In this document: positions 1 through 10,449 of the stretch, piece by piece
How positions within the stretch are numbered: position 1 is the first letter of the stretch
Layout: the number at the start of each line of letters is the position of its first letter
Source: Deltaproteobacteria bacterium
Lineage (GTDB): Bacteria > Myxococcota > JACRCW01
DNA: 64,000 nucleotides
Direction: 5' to 3'
Assembly: GCA_016218805.1 (NCBI GenBank)
Contig: JACRCW010000026.1
Location: 1-64,000, forward strand
Notes under the pieces: generated by a model
Databases searched by the model: none
What the model was told of the DNA's origin: nothing
Seen by the model: the letters and a program-made list of their open reading frames with translations, nothing else
Program-made: the position numbers and the translations under genes

Positions 1-482
1 GCCGGGGCCGGTGGCGCAGCGCGAACCGCCGCCGGTGGCGGAGCAGCGGGTGCGGCCACGGCGGCGGGTGGCGGCGCGGCGGGGCGCGCGGTGACGGCGG
101 GCGCCGGACGCGCCTGCTGCGCGCGCAGCGCGGTCAGCTCGGCCAGGCGCTCGCGCGCCAGCTGGTCGTCGGGACGGCCGGCCACCAAGCGGTGGTAGGT
201 CGCAATCGCCTCGTCCAGCCGGCCCGCGTTGACCGCGGCCTCGGCCTGCGCCTGCTCGCTCTGCGGCGGCACCGAGCGCGGGTACGCCGCCCCGCGTTCC
301 TGCGGGTGCATGAGTTCGTCCACGCGCTGGATCCGCGCCTTGAGCGGCGCGTGGTACTGCGGCGGCGCCTCGGCAAGCAGCGCCACGTAGGCCGCCCGCG
401 CAGCGGGGAGGTCACCGCGGCGCAGCAGCTTGTCGGACTCCTCCACCTTGGTCACCAGCAACCGGGGGTCCATCATGGGCAT
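1..482 (-). CDS. TPR-like helical repeat protein (partial, runs off window start)
   Basis: Manual translation MPMMDPRLLVTKVEESDKLLRRGDLPAARAAYVALL...AEAAVNAGRLDEAIATYHRLVAGRPDDQLARERLAEL shows a TPR-like pattern and GC-rich third positions. It is not in the ORF track because there is no stop inside the window. Confidence 0.6.
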   Translation of the reverse strand, partial: MPMMDPRLLVTKVEESDKLLRRGDLPAARAAYVALLAEAPPQYHAPLKARIQRVDELMHPQERGAAYPRSVPPQSEQAQAEAAVNAGRLDEAIATYHRLVAGRPDDQLARERLAELTALRAQQARPAPAVTARPAAPPPAAVAAPAAPPPAAVRAAPPAP

Positions 483-566
483 GCCTCGTGGATCGAACGC
501 GACCCGGGGCCCACTCTAGGTGACCGCGGCGGCGGGGTGAACTTTCCGGGTAACGCGTGTCCGTCC

Positions 567-974
567 TCAGCGCCCGCCGCCCAGGCTGATCCGTGCGGTG
601 GCGCGTTCCACCTCGGCGCGCAGGCGCGGGAACTCCTCGTCATGCGGCCCCTTGCCCTTCAGCTTCTCCTCCAGCTGGCGCAGGTCCTCCTTGGCCGCCT
701 GCACGTCCACTTCGCTGGCCAGGTCCGCCACCTCAGCCAGGACGGTGACCTTGTTGTCCACCACCTCGCAGTAGCCGCGGCTGACCACCAGGGCTTCCAC
801 GCCGTCCCCGGTGCGGAACCCCAGGATGCCCGTGCCCAGCAGCGTCATGAAGTTCACGTGCCCTGGCAACACGCCAAACTCCCCCATCACGCCGGGGGCC
901 ACCACGGAGGCCACCTTGCGGTTCAACAGGCGCCGGTCCGGCGTCACCACTTCCAGCAAGAGCTCATCGGCCAC
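567..974 (-). CDS. atpC: ATP synthase F1 epsilon subunit
   Basis: LLLEVVTPDR...GEFGVLPGH motif. GTG start at 974 with an upstream GGAGG. Last gene of the atp operon. Confidence 0.95.
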   Translation of the reverse strand: MADELLLEVVTPDRRLLNRKVASVVAPGVMGEFGVLPGHVNFMTLLGTGILGFRTGDGVEALVVSRGYCEVVDNKVTVLAEVADLASEVDVQAAKEDLRQLEEKLKGKGPHDEEFPRLRAEVERATARISLGGGR

Positions 975-1230
975 GAGAACGCCCTCCAGTCTTGCGCGCC
1001 GGCGTGCGCGCCACCGCATCCCCGCCGTCCACACACCGGTGCACGTCGGGGTGACCCGGGTCCCGCATGCCCAGTTCGCCCAGGATGCGCATCTGGTCCT
1101 GCCGCACCAGCGTCAGGACCTCCATGGCCCGCCCCATCACCTCCACCAGCGAGGACACGGTGCTGCGCAGCGCCTCCACGTCATCCACGGAGCGCGAAAC
1201 ACGGGGCTTGCGGGCAGCAGCGCGGGCCAT
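964..1230 (-). CDS. 88-aa hypothetical protein inserted between atpD and atpC
   Basis: ATG at 1230 preceded by GAGG overlapping the atpD stop. High GC3 codon usage. Overlaps the atpC start by 11 nt. Confidence 0.6.
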   Translation of the reverse strand: MARAAARKPRVSRSVDDVEALRSTVSSLVEVMGRAMEVLTLVRQDQMRILGELGMRDPGHPDVHRCVDGGDAVARTPARKTGGRSRGR

Positions 1231-1237
1231 GGTCACC

Positions 1238-2689
<1,452 letters not shown>

Positions 2690-2935
2690 TCAGTTCACGG
2701 GATGCAGGTTGAAGAGGTTGGCAAAGGTGGTGGCCGGAGCGCCGCGCGGCACCACGCCCAGCGCCACCACCGCGTGCGGCGGCATGGGCAGCGGGTGCGG
2801 CCGCGCCAGGCGGTCCTCCAGCGGGATGAGCCCGCGCGGGTGGAAGTCCTGCGGCCAGCGGGCGGTGTTGCCCACCACCGCGGGGCGGGTGCGCACCGCG
2901 TAGTGTCCCAGGCGTCCCGGCATCAGCGGCGTCAT
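2690..2935 (-). CDS. 81-aa Pro-rich hypothetical protein inserted between atpG and atpD
   Basis: ATGA overlap with the atpG stop. Its stop overlaps the atpD RBS (TGAGGA). Nearly all third codon positions are G/C. Confidence 0.6.
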   Translation of the reverse strand: MTPLMPGRLGHYAVRTRPAVVGNTARWPQDFHPRGLIPLEDRLARPHPLPMPPHAVVALGVVPRGAPATTFANLFNLHPVN

Positions 2936-3858
2936 TTGAGCGCCTCCGCTCCGCCGATGATTTCCATGAGTTCCTTGGTGATGTACGCCTGCCGTGCGCG
3001 GTTGTACTTGAGGGTGAGGGCCGCCACCATTTCACCGGCATTCCGCGTGGCGTTGTCCATCGCGCTCATGCGGGCACCGTGCTCAGAGGCCACGGACTCC
3101 AGCAGCGCGCGCCACAGCTGCGTGGTGAAGTGCCGCGCCACCAGCTCCTCCAGGATGCCTTCCTTGCCCGGCTCGTAGCGGTAGTCCACGGCGTCCACCG
3201 CCGCGCCCTTGCCGTGCTCGGCCTGTTCGCCGCGCGCCTCCACCCCCGCCGTGAGCACCGGCCGCCCCGCGGGAACCACCGGCAGGAACTGCTCCACAAT
3301 GACCTTCTGGCTGATGGCGCTCTTGAACTCGTTGTAGATGATGAAGCACGCGTCCAGGTTGCCGTCCTCGTATTCCTTGAGAATGGACGCGGCAATCTCC
3401 TTGCAGCGTGCAAACGTGAGGCTTTCAAACACCCCCACGTGCTCCTGCGCCTTGTGCCCGGAGCGGCGGAACGCATCCCGCGCCTTGCGGCCAATCACAG
3501 CCAGGCGGATCTCCGGGTGGCGTTCCTTCTCCTCCCACAGGAAGCGCTCCGCGCGGCGGATGATGTTGCTGTTGAACGCGCCGGCCATGCCGCGGTCAGA
3601 GGTGATCACCACCAGCAGCACCTTGCGGGGGCTGGGGTGGTGGCGCAGGAGCGGGAACTTCTCCAGGTCATCCGGGCCCAGGCGCGCGGCCACGTGCCCC
3701 ACCACGTGCACCAGCTTGTCCGCGTAGGGACGCGCCGCCATCAGCGCCTCCTGTGACCGGCGCAGTTTGCTGGCGGCCACCATCTTCATGGCCTTGGTGA
3801 TCTTCTGCGTGTTCTTCACGCTCTTGATGCGCTTCCGTATGTCACGCAGCGACGGCAT
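2932..3858 (-). CDS. atpG: ATP synthase F1 gamma subunit
   Basis: KITKAMKMVAASKL, SDRG, ASEHGARMSAMDNAT, RQAYITKELMEI motifs. Confidence 0.99.
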   Translation of the reverse strand: MPSLRDIRKRIKSVKNTQKITKAMKMVAASKLRRSQEALMAARPYADKLVHVVGHVAARLGPDDLEKFPLLRHHPSPRKVLLVVITSDRGMAGAFNSNIIRRAERFLWEEKERHPEIRLAVIGRKARDAFRRSGHKAQEHVGVFESLTFARCKEIAASILKEYEDGNLDACFIIYNEFKSAISQKVIVEQFLPVVPAGRPVLTAGVEARGEQAEHGKGAAVDAVDYRYEPGKEGILEELVARHFTTQLWRALLESVASEHGARMSAMDNATRNAGEMVAALTLKYNRARQAYITKELMEIIGGAEALK

Positions 3859-3882
3859 GGCGTCTCCGGGCCCTGTCCTGAG

Positions 3883-5430
3883 TCACTTGCCCGCGGTGGG
3901 CTTGAAGATGGCCTTGAACTCCGTGAGCGCCTTGTCCATCCGCTCGCGGTACGGGTCAATCTTGCTCTTGGGGTTGTCGCGGATGTCCTTGAGCAGGTCA
4001 GCGTGCTTGTCCGTCAGGAAGTCCGCCAGCTCCGTCATGTAGCGAGGCACGTCGGACACCGGGTACGCGCGAATCCACGTCTCGCGGCTGCCCTTCTGGA
4101 TGCCCTGGGTGGCGGCGTAGATCTGCGCCACCTGCAACTCCACCTTCATGGGCTGGTATTGCGGCTGCTTGAGCAGTTCCACCAGGCGCTCGCCGCGGGC
4201 CAGCGTGTCCTGCGTGGCCTTGTCCAAGTCACTGCCAAACTGCGCAAATGCGGCCAATTCCCGGTATTGCGCCAATTCCAGCTTGAGCGAGCCGGCCAAC
4301 TGCTTCATGGCCGCCACCTGCGCGGCGCCGCCCACGCGGGACACGCTGATGCCCACGTTGAGCGCGGGCCGCACGCCAGAGAAGAACAGGTCCGTCTCCA
4401 GGAAGATCTGGCCGTCCGTGATGGAGATGACGTTGGTGGGGATGTACGCGGACACGTCACCGGCCTGCGTCTCAATGACGGGCAGCGCCGTGAGCGAACC
4501 CGCGCCCTCCGCATCGGACAGCTTGGCGGCGCGCTCCAGCAGGCGGCTGTGGAGGTAGAACACGTCGCCCGGATAGGCTTCGCGGCCCGGCGGGCGGCGC
4601 AGCAGCAGGGACAGCTGGCGGTAGGCCACCGCCTGCTTGGACAGGTCGTCGTAGATGATGAGGGCGTGCTGCTTGTTGTCGCGGAACCACTCGCCAATGG
4701 TGCAGCCGGAGTACGGCGCAAAGAACTGCATGGGCGCGGGGTCGGACGCGTTGGCCGCCACCACCACCGTGTATTCCATGGCGCCAAACTTCTCCAGCTT
4801 GTCCACCACGTTGGCCACCGTGGACTGCTTCTGGCCCACGGCGACGTAGATGCACTTCACGCCCAGGCCCTTCTGGTTGATGATGGTATCCACGGCAATG
4901 GCGGTCTTGCCGGTCTGCCGGTCGCCAATGATGAGTTCGCGCTGGCCGCGGCCAATGGGAATGAGCGCGTCAATGGCCTTGATGCCGGTCTGCAGCGGCT
5001 CATGCACGCCCTTGCGCTTGATGATGCCGGGCGCCTTGAGCTCAATGCGGCGGCGCTCCTTGGTGTTGATGGGGCCCTTGCCGTCCAGCGGCACGCCCAG
5101 CGCGTCCACCACGCGGCCCAGCATCTCCGGGCCCACCGGCATGTCCGCAATGCGGTTGGTGCGGCGCGCCGTGTCACCCTCCTTGATGGACAGACCGCTG
5201 GCCATGATGGCCACGCCCACGTTGTCCTCTTCCAGGTTCAGCGCAATGCCCTGCACGCCGCCATCAAAGTCCACCAGCTCGCCGGCCTGCACCTTCTCCA
5301 GCCCGTAAACGCGCGCAATGCCGTCGCCCACGCTGAGCACGCTGCCCGTCTCGGCGACCTCGGTCTTGCGGTCGTAGTCTTCGATCTGCTTGCGGATGAT
5401 CCGGCTGATCTCTTCGGCGCGCAGTTCCAC
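3883..5430 (-). CDS. atpA: ATP synthase F1 alpha subunit
   Basis: [31 protein letters not shown] motifs. Confidence 0.99.
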   Translation of the reverse strand: MELRAEEISRIIRKQIEDYDRKTEVAETGSVLSVGDGIARVYGLEKVQAGELVDFDGGVQGIALNLEEDNVGVAIMASGLSIKEGDTARRTNRIADMPVGPEMLGRVVDALGVPLDGKGPINTKERRRIELKAPGIIKRKGVHEPLQTGIKAIDALIPIGRGQRELIIGDRQTGKTAIAVDTIINQKGLGVKCIYVAVGQKQSTVANVVDKLEKFGAMEYTVVVAANASDPAPMQFFAPYSGCTIGEWFRDNKQHALIIYDDLSKQAVAYRQLSLLLRRPPGREAYPGDVFYLHSRLLERAAKLSDAEGAGSLTALPVIETQAGDVSAYIPTNVISITDGQIFLETDLFFSGVRPALNVGISVSRVGGAAQVAAMKQLAGSLKLELAQYRELAAFAQFGSDLDKATQDTLARGERLVELLKQPQYQPMKVELQVAQIYAATQGIQKGSRETWIRAYPVSDVPRYMTELADFLTDKHADLLKDIRDNPKSKIDPYRERMDKALTEFKAIFKPTAGK

Positions 5431-5491
5431 GTTGTCCCTCGCTGTCTTCAGTTGAATTCAGGTGAAATCAAATAAACCAGGTGAAATAAGG

Positions 5492-6070
5492 TCAGGAGCC
5501 GTGGCTCAGCTGCCCGCCAATGCGGCGCAGGTGATTCTTCAGCGTCCCGTCAAACACCACGCCGCCCAGGCGCGCCTTCACGCCCGCCAGCAGCCCCGGG
5601 TCCACGCGCGTGGACACCACCACCTCGCGGCCCAGCGCGCGTTTCTCCGCCTGCGCGGTCAGCGCCTTCTGGATGGTCTCAATCTCCGCCTTCTCCAGCG
5701 GCTTGGCGCTCCACACGTCCGCGCGCACGCGGCCCACCAGGCGGTCCGCCTCCTTGCGGAACATCTCGCACAGCATGGGCAGGTACGGGACGCGGTCCTT
5801 TTCCACCAGCAGCATCACCACCGCGCGCGTCACCTCGTGCGTGGCGCGCCCCGCCACCTTGGCGTCCAGCAATGCGTTGAGCACCCCGCGCCGCTGCTCC
5901 ACGTGGAAGGCCGGGGACAGCAGCGCGTGCCTAAGCTCCGGGTGGGACTCCATGTGCTCGGCCAGGGCCTCCAGGTCCGCGCCCACCTCGTCCAGCGCCT
6001 TTCTGTCCTGCGCCAGCGCAATGACCGCGCGCGCCCACCGCCGTGCAATGGGCTTCTCAAGCAGCGCCAT
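5492..6070 (-). CDS. atpH: ATP synthase F1 delta subunit
   Basis: IARRWARA N-terminus, VDPGLLAGVKARLGGVVFDGT C-terminus, operon position. Confidence 0.93.
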   Translation of the reverse strand: MALLEKPIARRWARAVIALAQDRKALDEVGADLEALAEHMESHPELRHALLSPAFHVEQRRGVLNALLDAKVAGRATHEVTRAVVMLLVEKDRVPYLPMLCEMFRKEADRLVGRVRADVWSAKPLEKAEIETIQKALTAQAEKRALGREVVVSTRVDPGLLAGVKARLGGVVFDGTLKNHLRRIGGQLSHGS

Positions 6071-6071
6071 C

Positions 6072-6665
6072 TCAGTTCCCCAGCTCGCGCACAAACTCAT
6101 CGCGCAGTTTCTTGTGGTCGTCCGCGTTCAGCTTCTGCCCCACGATCTTCTCCGCCAGCTCCAGCGCCAGCCGCGCGGCTTCCTGCTGCAGCGCCTGGCG
6201 CGCGCGGGTCTCCTCACCGGCGATGGTCATCTGCGTGTCCCTGGCAATGCGCTCGGCCGTGCGCCGGCCCGCCTCCGTCAGCCGCTCACGCGCGGCCTCG
6301 CCGCCCGCCTTCAGCTCCGCGCGCAGCGTGGCAATCTCGCCGTCCAACCGCTGCACGCGCTCGTCAAACTCGCGCGCCTTCTTCTCCGCCTCCGCCTTGG
6401 CCGCCGCGGCCTCCTCAATGGCCTTCTTCACCAGGTTGTGGCGCTGCACCAGCGTGTCGCGCAGCGGGCGGCCGGCAAACCGCACCAGCAGCACCAGGAA
6501 CAGCGCAAAGTCAAAGATCAGCCAGCCCACCGGCGGGGCGTGCATGTCCCACTTCCAGAACTCCACGTGGGGCGCGGCGTGTCCGCCTTCGCCGCCGGAG
6601 GCCAGTGCGGCCAGCGGGGCCAACGTGATGGCCATCAGCGCAGCACGCCCAAGCAGCGTTCTCAT
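6072..6665 (-). CDS. atpF: ATP synthase Fo subunit b
   Basis: N-terminal signal-like segment and TM helix followed by a long Ala/Glu/Lys coiled coil. Sits directly before atpH. Confidence 0.88.
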   Translation of the reverse strand: MRTLLGRAALMAITLAPLAALASGGEGGHAAPHVEFWKWDMHAPPVGWLIFDFALFLVLLVRFAGRPLRDTLVQRHNLVKKAIEEAAAAKAEAEKKAREFDERVQRLDGEIATLRAELKAGGEAARERLTEAGRRTAERIARDTQMTIAGEETRARQALQQEAARLALELAEKIVGQKLNADDHKKLRDEFVRELGN

Positions 6666-7084
6666 GCGTTCCTCCCCAGCGCCTTGGCCGCAATGGACTC
6701 CGCCAGCGCCTGCGCCTGGCTCCCCAGCTCCGTGCGGGCCTTCTCGGTGGCCGCCTGGATGGCCGTGCGCGCTTCCGCCACCTTGCGCGCGCTCTCCTCC
6801 TTGGCCTTGTGCACCAGCTCGGCCTCGGCCTTCTCGCCGTCGGTCTTGAGCTTTGCCATCTCGTCCTGGCCCGCGGCCCGTGCGTCCGCCAGCTTCTTCT
6901 CAATGACCCCGGCGCTGCTGCCGGAGGCCTGCGCCAGCCGCGCGGCCTCCGCCTGGGCGCCTTCAATGCGCTTGTGGCGCTCATCCAGCGTGGCCAGGAT
7001 GGGCCCAAACGCCACGTTGGAAACCAGCAAGACGGTGAACAGGAACGCGACCAGTTGGATCACGAAGGTGACGTTGAGTTCCAT
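6662..7084 (-). CDS. ATP synthase Fo subunit b'
   Basis: NVTFVIQLVAFL...FGPILATLDERHKRI pattern, TM plus coiled coil, ATGA overlap with atpF. Confidence 0.88.
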   Translation of the reverse strand: MELNVTFVIQLVAFLFTVLLVSNVAFGPILATLDERHKRIEGAQAEAARLAQASGSSAGVIEKKLADARAAGQDEMAKLKTDGEKAEAELVHKAKEESARKVAEARTAIQAATEKARTELGSQAQALAESIAAKALGRNA

Positions 7085-7268
7085 GGTCCTTCCACACCGC
7101 GCACTCAGGGGGTGCGATCACCCGTTTGACGACGAGAAAACGGCCTGCCCGATCGAGGGGCGCGGCTTGGTAACGGACAGAGGCGCGGTGCGTCAAGCAC
7201 GCGCACCGCCCGCTGGCCGTAACCGAAGCATGGGCGCGGCAGCTTGCCACGCGCGGTGAGCGCCGTGG

Positions 7269-7454
7269 TCAGCGCTGGGTGGACTTCTTGCCCGCGGTGA
7301 CCGTTTCAAACTGCGGCTCACCGCTGTTCCCCAGGCGGCGCGCCGTGGGGGACGGACCCGCAGCTGTCCACACGCGCGGGCCGCACAGCCGGCAGAACGG
7401 GACGCCTTCCACCACCACGTGCTCTTCCTGGCTTCCACACTGGGGGCAGTTCAT
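7269..7454 (-). CDS. Small zinc-ribbon protein (CxxC-x14-CxxC)
   Basis: MNCPQCGSQEEHVVVEGVPFCRLCG, with GGAGG upstream of the ATG at 7454. Confidence 0.6.
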   Translation of the reverse strand: MNCPQCGSQEEHVVVEGVPFCRLCGPRVWTAAGPSPTARRLGNSGEPQFETVTAGKKSTQR

Positions 7455-7575
7455 GGCGGCCTCCGGGCTGCGTTCTGCGCAAGCCACGTTAGCGCGCCGA
7501 CGGGGAAGCGCCAGGGGAGCGCGTCTCCGGGCGGGTCCAACCGCCCCGCATTCCGCGGCGGTTCTCGGGTGGGGC

Positions 7576-8088
7576 CTACGGGTTGAGCTTGAACGGGATG
7601 GAGCGCGGGCGGTCGCAGGCCTTCTCGGAGCACACCTGATAGTGCAGGCGTCCCTCCACGGGGGGCCGCGCCGGTCCGGCGGCGGCCAGCACCGCGCGCA
7701 CCTCCGCGTCCCCGGTGATCACAAACGAGCTCCCCAGCTCCCCCAGGTCCTTCTTCTGCGCGGGGGGCATCTGCACTTCCTTGACGTTCCACGCGTTGCC
7801 GGTGACCTCCAGCATCAGCGGCTTTCCGGTGGTCTCGCCGGCGCCGTAGGCGTGGAAGCCCGGCTCCAGGTGCACCTTGGCCACCACGGCGCTGGCGGCG
7901 GCGTCAAAGGCCATGCTGATGCGGATGGCGTCTTCAAACGGTGTCTTTCCGGCGGTGGGTGCGCCGGCCTGTGGCTTGCCTCCCATGAGGCTCTTGTCCG
8001 GGACGGGCGCGTCGGCGCGCGCGGGCGGGGGGGCGCTGGGGGGCTGGCAGGCGGCCAGCAGGAGGGAAAGCGCAAAGAAGGAACGCAT
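7576..8088 (-). CDS. Lipoprotein with DsbD N-terminal-like (thiol-disulfide interchange) domain
   Basis: Lipobox LLAAC; LEPGFHAY and YQVCSEKAC motifs typical of DsbD-alpha-like domains. Confidence 0.7.
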   Translation of the reverse strand: MRSFFALSLLLAACQPPSAPPPARADAPVPDKSLMGGKPQAGAPTAGKTPFEDAIRISMAFDAAASAVVAKVHLEPGFHAYGAGETTGKPLMLEVTGNAWNVKEVQMPPAQKKDLGELGSSFVITGDAEVRAVLAAAGPARPPVEGRLHYQVCSEKACDRPRSIPFKLNP

Positions 8089-8176
8089 GGGCGGCCCCTG
8101 TAGTGGCCGGCGCCGCGCGCAGCAACGGCCGGTCCGGCGTCGACGCCACGCCCTGGGTTCGTGCTACACGCGGCCC

Positions 8177-8836
8177 ATGGCCAACTTGCGTTTCCTTCCG
8201 GTCACCGCGGTGCTCCTCCTCGCCGCGCTGCTTTCGTGCCGGACGCCTTCGCAGCGGGCGGCGCGTTTCGAATCGCTCGCCTGCGCCGCGGACCTGGGTG
8301 CTTGCGTGGAGCACCTGGTGGAGGCGCACGGCGGGGTGGACGCGCACCGCCGGTGGTCGACGGAGCGGGTGCATGTGCGGGACGCGTGGGATGTCGTGGT
8401 GCCGGCGTTCGCGGTGCCGCGTACGGCCCGCCCGGCGGCGGACGCGCTGGACGTCCCGCGTCACGGCGGCCCGCTCCCGGCGGGCCCGGACGGCGATGTG
8501 GCATTCCTGCTGGCGCTGCCGCACTCCATCGCCGCGGAGGGTGCGCGCGTGACGGGGGCGGAGGCGGGCTCATGGCACGGTGCGGCGGTGCTGTCGCTGC
8601 AGGTGCAGTGGGGGGACGGCCGCCGCGCGTCCGTGCACTTCCACCCGTCCACGTTCCAGATGCTCGGGGCCACGCTGCGGCAGGACAGCGGTGTGCGGTG
8701 GGCGGACGCGGTGGTGAAGCAGTGGAACACGGTGGGCGGGCTGCACCTGCCCACGCGGTACGAACTGGAACTGATGCCGTTGCACGCGCGTTACCGCGTG
8801 GTGGACGTGCTGGATGTGCAGTTGCGCCGTCAGTGA
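8177..8836 (+). CDS. Hypothetical lipoprotein
   Basis: MANLRFLPVTAVLLLAALLSC lipobox; beta-rich C-terminus. Confidence 0.6.
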   Translation: MANLRFLPVTAVLLLAALLSCRTPSQRAARFESLACAADLGACVEHLVEAHGGVDAHRRWSTERVHVRDAWDVVVPAFAVPRTARPAADALDVPRHGGPLPAGPDGDVAFLLALPHSIAAEGARVTGAEAGSWHGAAVLSLQVQWGDGRRASVHFHPSTFQMLGATLRQDSGVRWADAVVKQWNTVGGLHLPTRYELELMPLHARYRVVDVLDVQLRRQ

Positions 8837-8881
8837 TGCCTGTTGGTCACCAACGGCGGCACACCATGGGGACGGCGGCAG

Positions 8882-8908
8882 GTGTCTCACCAAATGAGAC
8901 GCTTTTGG
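8882..8908. repeat. Palindrome GTGTCTC-N7-GAGACGC-TTTTGG (degenerate copy of the 15205/15680 element)
   Basis: Read directly from the sequence; lies between convergent genes. Confidence 0.6.
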
Positions 8909-9016
8909 AGTAGAGCCTGGGGTTCCCAAGCCGGCCACGCCTTACCAAGCCCAACCCGGCCCAATACGCCCGGGCCTGACCCATTCTGGCGCCACACCGG
9001 CGGCATGACCGCGTGG

Positions 9017-10327
9017 TCACTCCTCGCGGCGGACCACGCGCACAATGACGTCCGTGACCACCAGGGCAATGCCGCTGACCACCGCCAGCGTCCCCACCAG
9101 CGCGGTCACCGCGTAGATCACGTTGGCCACGCCCATTCCCAGGATGGCGGTCTGCTGCCAGCGCTCCGGGAACTGGTAGGTGTCAATGGGGCGCTGCTTG
9201 TAGGCGGGCTTGGCGGGGAGGAACTGGCAGACGTCCGCGGGGGTGCCCTGCATGCTGGCGGGCACGTCCTTCTTCATGACCAGGTTGGTCAGGGGCGAAA
9301 CGTAGTTGCCGCCCACGTACCCCCAGAAGATGCAATCCGACGCGGACCCGAACGCGAGCCCGGCCGGAACGCCAACGAACCCGACGAACGCGCCGAACGC
9401 GAGCGCCGCGACGCCGGCGATCCAGATCTGCAGCGTGCGGGTGGCAGCCAGCCGCGCGTCCACCGTCGTGAACGACCCGGCCTGCACCTCGATCTTGGTG
9501 CGCCACGTTGCGTAGCCGCCCTTCTTGATGACGATCTCGCGCGTGCCTTCATCCAGCTTGAGGGGTTCCTTGGACGGGCTGGCGCCCACGCCCTTGCCGT
9601 CCACCAGGATCTCCGCCCCCGGCTCAGAGACGTTGAGTTGCACCAGGCCGCGCCGTTCGCGCGCCTGCCCGGTCAGCAGGATGCCCACCAGCGCGCGCGC
9701 CGCCTCCGCAATGGGCTGCGCCTTGCTCACCACCTTGCGGTCCTTGGAGGCCAGTTGCGCGCCCTCGCGCACGCCCAACAGCGTGCAGGAGACCTGCGTG
9801 TCCTCACCAATGGAGCCCGCCTTGCAGGACAGCACGCGGTCCGCGTTCATCAGCTTGGCAATGTCACCCAAGCAACTGGCATCCGCGCAGCCCGCCGCCT
9901 GCTTGCGCTGCTCCACGTTCAGCAGCGTGTTGACGTCCTGCTCGGTGACCACGCTGTAGTTGCCCACCTGGCCCACTTCGCTGTTCACCGCTTCGGACAG
10001 CGCCGCCATCAGGTCCGGCCCCAGCCCAAACCCCGTGGGCGGCGTCACCCACAGGCGCAGCTTGCCGGCGTCCGCCGCCGGTGCGGGTGCGGGAGCGGGT
10101 GCCGGAGCAGGCGCCGGAGCAGTCTCAGGGGCCGGGGTGGGAGCCGCCGCCGGCGTCTCCGGTGACGGCGTGGGGGCGGGTTCCGGCGTCCCGGCGCCCT
10201 GCGGCGCGGGGGAGACCGCCGCGGCGTCCGCGGGTGCGGCTGGCGGCGGCGCCTCAGCGGGTGTGGACGCGGGCGCCTGGGCGACGCCGACGAGCGCGAG
10301 CGATAGCAGGGGGGCGAGCTGAATCAT
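9017..10327 (-). CDS. PEGA-domain membrane protein with Pro/Ala linker
   Basis: Signal peptide, PAPAPA linker, Cys-containing GCADASCL domain, PEGA motif VSEPGAEILVDGKGVG...IKKGGY, C-terminal TM helices. Confidence 0.75.
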   Translation of the reverse strand: MIQLAPLLSLALVGVAQAPASTPAEAPPPAAPADAAAVSPAPQGAGTPEPAPTPSPETPAAAPTPAPETAPAPAPAPAPAPAPAADAGKLRLWVTPPTGFGLGPDLMAALSEAVNSEVGQVGNYSVVTEQDVNTLLNVEQRKQAAGCADASCLGDIAKLMNADRVLSCKAGSIGEDTQVSCTLLGVREGAQLASKDRKVVSKAQPIAEAARALVGILLTGQARERRGLVQLNVSEPGAEILVDGKGVGASPSKEPLKLDEGTREIVIKKGGYATWRTKIEVQAGSFTTVDARLAATRTLQIWIAGVAALAFGAFVGFVGVPAGLAFGSASDCIFWGYVGGNYVSPLTNLVMKKDVPASMQGTPADVCQFLPAKPAYKQRPIDTYQFPERWQQTAILGMGVANVIYAVTALVGTLAVVSGIALVVTDVIVRVVRREE

Positions 10328-10449
10328 GTCGGCTCCGGGAGAACGGGGGCTCGGCGTACGGCGGTCACGGCTTAGAGGATGGCGGTCAGGCAGGCAACTC
10401 CCCCCGCCGCCACGCCGACACGGACACGGACTTTGGCGGAGGCCGCCGT

